Part shown: positions 1 to 7,442 of the stretch, piece by piece | Layout: each line of letters begins with the position of its first letter | Numbering within the stretch: the stretch's first letter is position 1 | Source of the DNA: a virus | Strand: one strand, 5' to 3' | IMG/VR virus record: IMGVR_UViG_3300027126_000006 | DNA: 64,000 bases | Program-made: the position numbers and the translations under genes | Notes under the pieces: generated by a model | What the model was told of the DNA's origin: nothing | Seen by the model: only the letters and a program-made list of their open reading frames with translations | Database searches by the model: none

Positions 1-77
1 TTGAGACCTTCCGGAAGAATGCAGTCGTCAATTGTTTGTGGTCTGTATTTTTCCGTCCAAATGAAATGTTCACTCAT
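1..77 (-). CDS. gp44: Clamp loader large subunit (T4 gp44-like), 5' part only; runs off the window
   Basis: Manual translation MSEHFIWTEKYRPQTIDDCILPEGL has the RFC/gp44 W.EKYRP motif; GGAG RBS; follows gp45. Confidence 0.9.
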   Translation of the reverse strand, partial: MSEHFIWTEKYRPQTIDDCILPEGL

Positions 78-108
78 AATATAACTCCATCACAAAAACA
101 ATATTATA

Positions 109-771
109 TCAGAAATCAAATGTAGAGTCAAGTTCGATTGCAGCAAAGTACACGAGCTTTTGAGATGTGGAAGCGAACCTGCTAATCTTCTTGCCACCGA
201 TGTCAACAATGTAATCGCCCGGCATCATCTTCATATTCTCAATCTTAAAGTTGACTTTGAATGATTTGTCGGTTGTACCAATTTCCGAACTAAAGCTATT
301 GCCTGTTGGATTGGTCTTATCTCCAACAGCAACACTGATTACCTTACCGTCTCCTACTACCGAGAAGTCAGATACACGAAGGATTGAAGATACTCGTTGA
401 ATTTGGCTGAGCATCTGACTTGATAGATTAAATGAGATATCGGGTGTAGGAAACTGCTTAATGCTTGGTACAACAGTAAGCACAGATTGACTAGCAGCAA
501 AGTATCGAACACTGTTCTTCCCTTCATAGATGGTTACATATTTATCGTTGAAGTCCAATTCCGGTGAATCAAACAGAGACATAGCTCCGAGGAACTCATT
601 CAAATCGTAGATGCCAAAGTCTGTTGGGAATGTCTCAACAATGGTGGCTTCGCTGATGATGTTCTTGCCAGATGAAATTGTAGTAAGTTTTGATCCTGGT
701 TTGATTGTTAGGTTGCTGTTGATGTTAGCAAAGTTCTTAAAAATTGCTAGTGTATCTTTCGATAGTTTCAT
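109..771 (-). CDS. gp45: DNA polymerase sliding clamp (T4 gp45-like)
   Basis: MKLSKDTLAIFKNFANINSNL...FGIYDLNEFLG; start moved to ATG 771. Confidence 0.93.
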   Translation of the reverse strand: MKLSKDTLAIFKNFANINSNLTIKPGSKLTTISSGKNIISEATIVETFPTDFGIYDLNEFLGAMSLFDSPELDFNDKYVTIYEGKNSVRYFAASQSVLTVVPSIKQFPTPDISFNLSSQMLSQIQRVSSILRVSDFSVVGDGKVISVAVGDKTNPTGNSFSSEIGTTDKSFKVNFKIENMKMMPGDYIVDIGGKKISRFASTSQKLVYFAAIELDSTFDF

Positions 772-779
772 AGTGTATC

Positions 780-1301
780 TCACTTGTTGTGGTATTTTGC
801 TTCATCAGGCTTTGCTTGGCCCGACTTATCAAATCCATACGACCCATTATATTCATGCATCATCTCAGCATTGAAGCTGAGGTACTGTCCGATCCGTGTT
901 CCTTGTTTGATCTTGGCAGGCCCAACAGTTACATGAAGGACGCCAGCCATTGTACCATGGTAACCTGAATCATACAACCCCGATGTTAGATATAGACCGT
1001 TGCGATTTAGAGTCGACCTGGTGATCACCCACCCAGCTTCATTCTCTCCGACTTTGATGATGTTCTCCATTACAACTTCATAGTGACCAATCTCGAGATA
1101 AAAATACCCATCTTTATCTGCAATCAACTCACGGCCACCACGATGTTTTTTATGTTCATTCGAAATCTCGAAAATATTCTCATCGTTAATTTTAAACACT
1201 TTACCTAAACGTAGATCTACAGCATTAGGCTGCACATCTTCATTCTGAACTTCCGTGAGAGAAGATTTAGAATTAGGTCCCATAATATGTTTCATGCTCA
1301 C
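780..1301 (-). CDS. Trimeric dUTPase / dCTP-deaminase fold enzyme
   Basis: QPNAVDLRL, RSTLNRNG, DSGYHG motifs; no Glu at the position of the Dcd catalytic Glu after GY.G. Confidence 0.8.
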   Translation of the reverse strand: MSMKHIMGPNSKSSLTEVQNEDVQPNAVDLRLGKVFKINDENIFEISNEHKKHRGGRELIADKDGYFYLEIGHYEVVMENIIKVGENEAGWVITRSTLNRNGLYLTSGLYDSGYHGTMAGVLHVTVGPAKIKQGTRIGQYLSFNAEMMHEYNGSYGFDKSGQAKPDEAKYHNK

Positions 1302-1882
1302 TCCTTTACTAAGGCAACTGTTTGTAAAATTTTATGCATCTCTTGTACTGCTAGTTGGTTATACTGATCCAGTGTTAGATCGACATTGTTAATGATGCTG
1401 TGACACAGTTCATCAGGGAACTCAGTCTCTGTTACATGGCCATCAAATGCCACGCCTCCTCGTTTGATCTTAACAATGATTCCATCAAGTCGTTTGGTGA
1501 TTGATTCCAGTTCATTATGAAACCGCAAGTCAGTGATGCACCAAATCCCTGTACGATCTCGATTGATAGTATCTTCCACATATCTAACAAACTGCTGTTC
1601 GTCAAATGATCGCATCATCATTCCAATCTCGCGAACAACACGTCGACCATCAACAGAATGAGTTAGGTATCCTGGAAGTTGGTAGTCAACTTTCGTTCGC
1701 TTGAATGCATCATATTGTTCTTCGGTTACAAGATCGAAGATACGAGACACCTCGATTTTGATTGGATCAGCATATGCAATCTTACGCACTTGCAGTTGAG
1801 GAAAGGCATCTTTTACAGCCCTGTAAAACTGGTCTTTACCAGATCCTTTTGCTCCATGTAATCCAATCACCAACCCCATCAT
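1298..1882 (-). CDS. Deoxynucleoside monophosphate kinase (T4 gp1-like)
   Basis: IGLHGAKGSGKD P-loop, YADPIK, ITDLRFHNE, H.TE motifs. Confidence 0.88.
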   Translation of the reverse strand: MMGLVIGLHGAKGSGKDQFYRAVKDAFPQLQVRKIAYADPIKIEVSRIFDLVTEEQYDAFKRTKVDYQLPGYLTHSVDGRRVVREIGMMMRSFDEQQFVRYVEDTINRDRTGIWCITDLRFHNELESITKRLDGIIVKIKRGGVAFDGHVTETEFPDELCHSIINNVDLTLDQYNQLAVQEMHKILQTVALVKE

Positions 1883-2751
1883 TCACCTCTACACAATTTG
1901 TCAACTAGTCCCATATTATAGTTGATGTCCTTTTGGCTTTCAACTTTATCTGATAGCGAAATATCAAAATCCACTTCTTTTTCAAATTTACCAAATCGAA
2001 GACCAGTTGGACTATTGTCGTATCGGATTCCAGCTAGTGCATGCCATACAGCAGTTGAGCTGTCCCACGAGAAGATGTGGTTATGATATTCGCGAACCAA
2101 AGAAATCTCACGTGGACCATCGGTCATTCCTAGACAATGAAACCTTTTCCGTGTGGCTGGCCCAAGAAGACCACGAGACTTCAGCTCTTCGAAGATAGCC
2201 CAACGAGACAGATACCGTTGCATCATATAACCATCATCTCGTACCTGATGAGGACTGTGCTTAGTTTCATTGACACCAAGAGCAATTGGACATGCGAGGA
2301 TAGAAACACCAATGTAATCTACATCTGGATTGTTGATAGCCCACTCAAACCCTTTCATCAGACCATCAAGATCTCCGAGAGATGATTGAGGGCAGAAGAA
2401 TGTTTTGAAACCAGCTTTCTTAAATTTCGGAGCAAGTTCTTGCGCCTTGTCTGTAGTTTTCATCCAATGGTGCTTCGGATAATCCGTCATCACAATAGAA
2501 TCAGCACTAACCAGTTTACCCATCTCGATCAACTTATCTGATGGGTACATATCAACCCCTCGCTTGAACATCTCGAATGCTGAGTTGTCAAGATGATAAA
2601 CTACATTTGGATTGTCTCGTTTGAGCTGAGCATAGAACTCACGATACTCCTTGTTCTCTTCTACAAGATGTGCTAGAAGAAGATGAACTGGATATGACCT
2701 CACGAGAGGAAGATATGATACAGGTACAATATGACAAAAATTAATCATCAC
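1879..2751 (-). CDS. tRNA-guanine-transglycosylase-like TIM barrel (DpdA-family, divergent)
   Basis: LDNSAFE (cf. TGT DSGGFQ), HCLG, WDSSTAVW motifs; sits in the folE/queD/queE cluster. Confidence 0.7.
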   Translation of the reverse strand: MMINFCHIVPVSYLPLVRSYPVHLLLAHLVEENKEYREFYAQLKRDNPNVVYHLDNSAFEMFKRGVDMYPSDKLIEMGKLVSADSIVMTDYPKHHWMKTTDKAQELAPKFKKAGFKTFFCPQSSLGDLDGLMKGFEWAINNPDVDYIGVSILACPIALGVNETKHSPHQVRDDGYMMQRYLSRWAIFEELKSRGLLGPATRKRFHCLGMTDGPREISLVREYHNHIFSWDSSTAVWHALAGIRYDNSPTGLRFGKFEKEVDFDISLSDKVESQKDINYNMGLVDKLCRGE

Positions 2752-3137
2752 ACAACCTCATAGTGTTTCACACAACCGTTTTCATTGTCCTCAGCAACGG
2801 AGATGATGAAACAACGATCGGGATATTTCGCATGAATGCTTTCAGCAATGTCGTCTGCAATCATCTCGCAGCTCTTGTAGTTTAGCTCGAGGATACCATC
2901 ATCAAAAAGACGCTCTAGCCAACGCTTAAACTGGATAAACTCCACATCACGATCGTCGTGGAACACATCAAGTTCAACACGGAAGTGGAAAATGTGTCGA
3001 TGTGGTGTTCCTAGAAAACTAACATCATCCCAGCCACCAGTCTTCAGTTTAGGATCTGTTGCTGCAGCTGGGTAGCAATGGATCCCTTCCTTTTGGAAGG
3101 TAACCCAAATACGATTACGTTTCACGATATAACTCAT
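2748..3137 (-). CDS. QueD paralogue (T-fold), DpdL-like candidate CDG decarboxylase
   Basis: LGTPHRHIF (LxxxHRHxF) replaces the QueD CxxxHGH motif; SCEMIA and C-terminal V.ED.ENG T-fold motifs. Confidence 0.72.
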   Translation of the reverse strand: MSYIVKRNRIWVTFQKEGIHCYPAAATDPKLKTGGWDDVSFLGTPHRHIFHFRVELDVFHDDRDVEFIQFKRWLERLFDDGILELNYKSCEMIADDIAESIHAKYPDRCFIISVAEDNENGCVKHYEVV

Positions 3138-3149
3138 TACAATTCCTTT

Positions 3150-3836
3150 TTATTTTGGTAGACGCGCAATATTCAAAAATTCACGTCGAATGTCTGAATT
3201 GGCTTCAGCAAACACTCCTCGTGTTGATAGTGTGACAGTCGATGATCCTGTATCTTGAATACCTCGACTTTTAACACAGTAATGTGATGCATCAACATAT
3301 ACAGCAACATCAGGTGAGTCGGTGATGAAGCTAATAGTTTCACAGATCTGTTCTGTTAGACGCTCTTGCACTTGTGGTCGTTTAGCAAAGAACTCCACGA
3401 TTCGATTGAGCTTGGATAGACCAAGAACTTTCTTATGTGGAATGTATGCTACAGTTGCAAGACCATCAATTACTACAAAGTGATGTTCACAATTAGATTG
3501 TACATTAATATTACGCTCTAACACAAATGAATCTTTGTAATCCATCTTGTTGTCGATTGCAGTACATTTTGGAAACTTTGAGTAGTCCAATCCCCAAAAG
3601 ATTTCATTGACATACATTTTTGCAACACGGTTGGGTGTGTCGATCAACGAGTCGTCAGTGAGATCCAATCCTAGGATTTCCATGATCTTAGTAAAGTGAG
3701 GAACAATCTCTTTGATCTTTGCTTCAGAAGAAGCAGACACCATATCAGTGATTGGCGTTTCGATACCTTTAGATACTAGGTGACGATGGACTGCCATACC
3801 AAGTTCGGCATTACTCTTATGTGCTGGATGTGACAT
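3150..3836 (-). CDS. folE: GTP cyclohydrolase I
   Basis: TPNRVAKMY, CEHH, GLSKLNRIV, RPQVQERLT, HYCVKSRG. Confidence 0.97.
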   Translation of the reverse strand: MSHPAHKSNAELGMAVHRHLVSKGIETPITDMVSASSEAKIKEIVPHFTKIMEILGLDLTDDSLIDTPNRVAKMYVNEIFWGLDYSKFPKCTAIDNKMDYKDSFVLERNINVQSNCEHHFVVIDGLATVAYIPHKKVLGLSKLNRIVEFFAKRPQVQERLTEQICETISFITDSPDVAVYVDASHYCVKSRGIQDTGSSTVTLSTRGVFAEANSDIRREFLNIARLPK

Positions 3837-3849
3837 TTTTATTTCCTAT

Positions 3850-3917
3850 CTTGACCATTCAGGTTCGTGTGTAGTATCGCAGAGGTGGAATGGTCAAGGA
3901 CGGACCCTACGATACTA
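3850..3917 (-). ncRNA. Candidate cis-regulatory pseudoknot / two-state RNA switch in the folE leader
   Basis: P1 3917-3905/3884-3872 (13 bp, 2 G.U) interleaved with P2 3898-3888/3860-3850 (11 bp perfect); ends 2 nt before AGGA SD. Confidence 0.6.
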
Positions 3918-3921
3918 TGAA

Positions 3922-4218
3922 TCATTTCTTCGGTGGTTTAGGAGGAAGGTTGGGATATGTACCCCAAGGAACCTTCATCCAATCATCTAAACTAATATTT
4001 TGAATTGGATCTTCAATCCACATTTTAGATATACAATAGTAGCAAAATTTATCCCAGATGAACATTCTAACTTTCGTATGATCGTCGTCGAATGCACCTG
4101 CCTCAGTCATCCAAGTGTGAGATGGGATCTCACGAACATATAGGTTAGCTTTGATCCCTTCTACTATACATTGAATTTTGTCAGAAGACAACTGTCCCAT
4201 TACATTTTCTCCCACCAA
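3922..4218 (-). CDS. Hypothetical protein in the deazaguanine cluster
   Basis: ORF tightly packed between PRTase and folE; start may be the downstream ATG near 4200. Confidence 0.6.
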   Translation of the reverse strand: MVGENVMGQLSSDKIQCIVEGIKANLYVREIPSHTWMTEAGAFDDDHTKVRMFIWDKFCYYCISKMWIEDPIQNISLDDWMKVPWGTYPNLPPKPPKK

Positions 4219-4649
4219 AAGTCAAAATACCTCTTCTCCAGTGTGCGAGTGAATGGGGTACCAAAGTAATGGTCAACTCCCATCTTCACGTCCGTGTTGT
4301 GAAGGAGTGTTGCAAGGGATGTATGACAGAAGATCTGAGATGTGTTGCACACCCATTGAACTGTCTTACCGCTATCGATTAGGTCATCTACAACCAAGAT
4401 CCTAAAGAACTTTTCACTCAAGTTTTCAAAGTACTGGTATAAGTTCAGATCAGTAGTAACACCATCTCGTGTAGATAAGTTAAGCATTGTTGCCGGGATG
4501 CCCATCTTATGGGATAACGCTACTGCTGGAATACATCCACCTCGAGTCAACCCTACGATGATATCAAACTTTCGTGATCCAATATTTTCGACGATTGTAT
4601 TGATGTCCCTTGTAAACCTTTCAAAAGTATAAAGAATGTGGTCCATCAC
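4200..4649 (-). CDS. Type I purine phosphoribosyltransferase (Gpt-like)
   Basis: IVGLTRGGCIPA and the PRPP-binding loop ILVVDDLIDSGKT; C-terminal FWWE. Confidence 0.88.
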   Translation of the reverse strand: MMDHILYTFERFTRDINTIVENIGSRKFDIIVGLTRGGCIPAVALSHKMGIPATMLNLSTRDGVTTDLNLYQYFENLSEKFFRILVVDDLIDSGKTVQWVCNTSQIFCHTSLATLLHNTDVKMGVDHYFGTPFTRTLEKRYFDFWWEKM

Positions 4650-5152
4650 TGATCACCAAACAGATCTTCGTTCCACTCTCGATGACCTTCGCGGAAAGCC
4701 ATATTGGCTTGAGTCTCTCGAACTTCTACTCGGAAGCACCACAACCGCTCGGCTTCTCCAGGGCCCCAATAGTCTGGGATGTACACTCCATTGACAAACT
4801 TATATAGTTGATCTGCCAGTCCTTCACACCCAAGCCTCGGGAGGATAGTTAGCTTAGCCATCTTCTTTTCTTGAAGGAGCAAGTAAGTTTCTAGCTCAGG
4901 ATCGTCTTCTGCCACAAGTAGTGTATGATCAAACTGATCTTGAAGGATCTCTTTGAGGTCTTTAAGACCACCATAGTCTGCTGCCCAATTGCGAACATCG
5001 AGATCGTTAGTGCCAAAGTAAAACTTCATCGAAAAACTATAACCGTGAATCAGGTTGCAATGCGAGTCTGCTCTCCACTGCCTATAAGCACAAGGAAATG
5101 CATCCACATACTCCTTTGTGCTGACAAACTTATATGTTACTGGTTGAACCAT
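4646..5152 (-). CDS. queD: 6-carboxytetrahydropterin synthase (QueD, variant motif)
   Basis: SHCNLIHGY, DYGGLK, FDH, CEGLA, VRET; start at ATG 5152 with GGAG SD. Confidence 0.85.
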   Translation of the reverse strand: MVQPVTYKFVSTKEYVDAFPCAYRQWRADSHCNLIHGYSFSMKFYFGTNDLDVRNWAADYGGLKDLKEILQDQFDHTLLVAEDDPELETYLLLQEKKMAKLTILPRLGCEGLADQLYKFVNGVYIPDYWGPGEAERLWCFRVEVRETQANMAFREGHREWNEDLFGDQ

Positions 5153-5163
5153 ATTGCACTCCA

Positions 5164-6042
5164 TTATTTACCAATCGCGTTTCCAAAAATATGTACATGA
5201 GCTCGAGTAGAATAGTTGAACCCTCGCTCGATTGATTGTTCGGCGATCGCCGCTTCTGTAACTTTCAATCCTTCAAGAGTGCCTCCAATACCCATAATCC
5301 AAATATCCCAGTTAACGTCAACTTCTCGGAATAAGGAGATTACTTCGTCAAGCTCATCCCATGCAGCTCGACTACCATTGACGACAAACTTAAGCTGTCC
5401 TTTCGAACTCGCCTTCATATACTTAGCAACATTCTCCGGTTTGATAGCCTTACTTCTCTTCTCTCCTGCTACATTCCATAGTTTAGGAGAAATCGACCAC
5501 ATCCATTCAACACCATGCTCATTACGCAATTCCTGGATTAGGTTGAATAGAGGTTCACTAAGAGTTTGAGTGCCATTTGACTCAACAGTAATGAACTTTG
5601 GAATGTTACCTCGATCAATGAATTCAGTTAGCAGCTCAACAATTGCTTTCTGATTCTGTTTCATTAGAGGCTCGCCACCAGTGATACAAAGATGTGTTTC
5701 TTGACCACTTCGTGCATGTTTAAACTTACCAGTAGGAAGTTTACTTTCTAGCTCATCGACTGCTTCGACAGCAGTCTTATCATGCATCAGGTGTTTAAAC
5801 CTCGAGCTCCAAGTGTATGATGAATCACATCCCTTTTCGAATACAGGGAGATCCTCTACACGAGTGATGTTGCTAATATCGATCTTCTCGTATGGAAGAT
5901 CCCATGTATCTGGTTCAGTGGGACAGCTCTGCCCAAAACCATCGCACTGAAGATTACAAAGAAAGAATCTAATCCACAACGACGATACACCACAATACAT
6001 ACCCTCCCCTTGTGGGGAGTAAAAGGTCTCAGAATATTTCAC
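5164..6042 (-). CDS. queE: 7-carboxy-7-deazaguanine synthase (radical SAM)
   Basis: ETFYSPQGEG, CNLQC...CDSSY, ITGGEP, ESNGT, SISPK, QLKFVV, R.H..IFG. Confidence 0.93.
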   Translation of the reverse strand: MKYSETFYSPQGEGMYCGVSSLWIRFFLCNLQCDGFGQSCPTEPDTWDLPYEKIDISNITRVEDLPVFEKGCDSSYTWSSRFKHLMHDKTAVEAVDELESKLPTGKFKHARSGQETHLCITGGEPLMKQNQKAIVELLTEFIDRGNIPKFITVESNGTQTLSEPLFNLIQELRNEHGVEWMWSISPKLWNVAGEKRSKAIKPENVAKYMKASSKGQLKFVVNGSRAAWDELDEVISLFREVDVNWDIWIMGIGGTLEGLKVTEAAIAEQSIERGFNYSTRAHVHIFGNAIGK

Positions 6043-6209
6043 ACAAGCTCCTCAATGATCCCAACCGCTTCTGCTAGAACTAGTAGCACACCAGCCCATA
6101 CAAATGGGCCACCAACAAGGATTAGTATACCACCAGCCGCAAACCTAAATCCACTTTTAATAAAGCTGACATAGGCATGTAGATTAGGGTTGGGTTGTTT
6201 AAATTTCAT
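6039..6209 (-). CDS. Small two-TM membrane protein (56 aa; below the ORF-track cutoff)
   Basis: Manual translation MKFKQPNPNLHAYVSFIKSGFRFAAGGILILVGGPFVWAGVLLVLAEAVGIIEELV; GAGG SD; stop overlaps the queE GTG start. Confidence 0.8.
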   Translation of the reverse strand: MKFKQPNPNLHAYVSFIKSGFRFAAGGILILVGGPFVWAGVLLVLAEAVGIIEELV

Positions 6210-6218
6210 ATGGACCTC

Positions 6219-6226
6219 TATTTATA
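6219..6226 (-). promoter_or_regulatory. T4-type late promoter TATAAATA
   Basis: Exact gp55 consensus in the intergenic gap heading the que cluster. Confidence 0.7.
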
Positions 6227-6227
6227 A

Positions 6228-7370
6228 TCAAAACGGGATGTCGTCGTTGCTATCTTCATTTTTAGTTTCGGGTTGTGCTGTAGGATCTTCACCAGCAGAT
6301 ACCTTATCGAACAGGTCAATGAACGCGTTCTTGGTATTGGTGTCGAACCGATTCACGCACAGCTCGATAGCCTTCTTAGTGTTCTTGAACACTGCGTATG
6401 CATTAACGATGTGAACAATACGACGAGTGGTAATGTTCTCATCCACACCACCATCTTCGAATGTCCGACGAATGGCATCCGCCCACTTAACAAGGTCACC
6501 AGCAAACTGTTCATTGACACAGTTCATACTAGTCATCAGATTGTTAATGATCTTCAGTTCCGTCTTAGCAGGAGGGTATTCTTGGTTGAATGTAATCGGG
6601 AATCGCTCGAGGAAGGCCTCGTTAAGGACATTCGTTCCAATGTACCGACCATCATCCGAACCCTTGCCTTTGGTATTGGCAGTCGCGATGATATTGAATC
6701 CACGAGCCGGAGTGATCAACTCGTTCTTCAACTTGAAGTAGTAAGGCTTGCCCTCAAGGATCGGTTGCAAGCACAGGAGAGTGTTCGCTCCACCAGCATC
6801 GATCTCATCGAGAAGCAGAGTCGCACCAGTTCGCATTGCAATCAGAACCGGACCTTCAACTACTTTCACAGTCCCATCTTCAAGAGTCTTTGATCCAATC
6901 AACTGCTCCTCATCAGACAGCATGTTAAGATTAACACGAATCAGAGGACGCTTGTGCTTAGCACAGATCTGCTCGACCATAGTCGACTTACCGTTACCGG
7001 TAGGACCAGCAATGTAGAGAGGATAGAACACTTGGCTCTTGATGATAGTTTCAACATCATCGTAGTTGCCGAACGGCACGTAATTCGAATCTCGCTGAGG
7101 GACAAGCGAGTCAATGTTGTCGTAGTTAACTTCAACGGCTTGAGGCTTCGCTGAAGCGACTTGAGTGTTGAGCACAGTTACATTTGTCATAGGAGAAGCT
7201 CCAATTGAGGCACCATCAATGGAATACGTTCCACGCGATACTGTGTTAGCAGACATCCACTGAGGGACAAACGAAGATACTTCGAGGACTTGAGCTCGAG
7301 TAACCACTCGTGAAGTGGCCACGTCGGGGAACTTCTCAATCAGCTTGGTGATGAACTTTTCGCGACTCAT
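6228..7370 (-). CDS. MoxR/CobS-like AAA+ ATPase
   Basis: GPTGNGKST Walker A, LLLDEID Walker B, ATANTKGKG, LNEAFLERF. Confidence 0.9.
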   Translation of the reverse strand: MSREKFITKLIEKFPDVATSRVVTRAQVLEVSSFVPQWMSANTVSRGTYSIDGASIGASPMTNVTVLNTQVASAKPQAVEVNYDNIDSLVPQRDSNYVPFGNYDDVETIIKSQVFYPLYIAGPTGNGKSTMVEQICAKHKRPLIRVNLNMLSDEEQLIGSKTLEDGTVKVVEGPVLIAMRTGATLLLDEIDAGGANTLLCLQPILEGKPYYFKLKNELITPARGFNIIATANTKGKGSDDGRYIGTNVLNEAFLERFPITFNQEYPPAKTELKIINNLMTSMNCVNEQFAGDLVKWADAIRRTFEDGGVDENITTRRIVHIVNAYAVFKNTKKAIELCVNRFDTNTKNAFIDLFDKVSAGEDPTAQPETKNEDSNDDIPF

Positions 7371-7406
7371 ACTTTCTCCATTACAAAATAATCACATTGA
7401 ACATAT

Positions 7407-7435
7407 ATTATAGGCCAACTGGCAATTATTGTCAA
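7407..7435 (-). promoter_or_regulatory. Sigma70 early promoter TTGACA-N17-TATAAT
   Basis: Perfect consensus upstream of the AAA+ gene. Confidence 0.88.
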
Positions 7436-7442
7436 CAGCTGC

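Noticed and set aside
3150-5164. folE/queD as folate or tRNA queuosine auxiliary metabolic genes
   Set aside because: queE, a DpdA-like gene and a DpdL-like gene, with no folate genes or QueC/QueF/QueA in view, favour DNA modification
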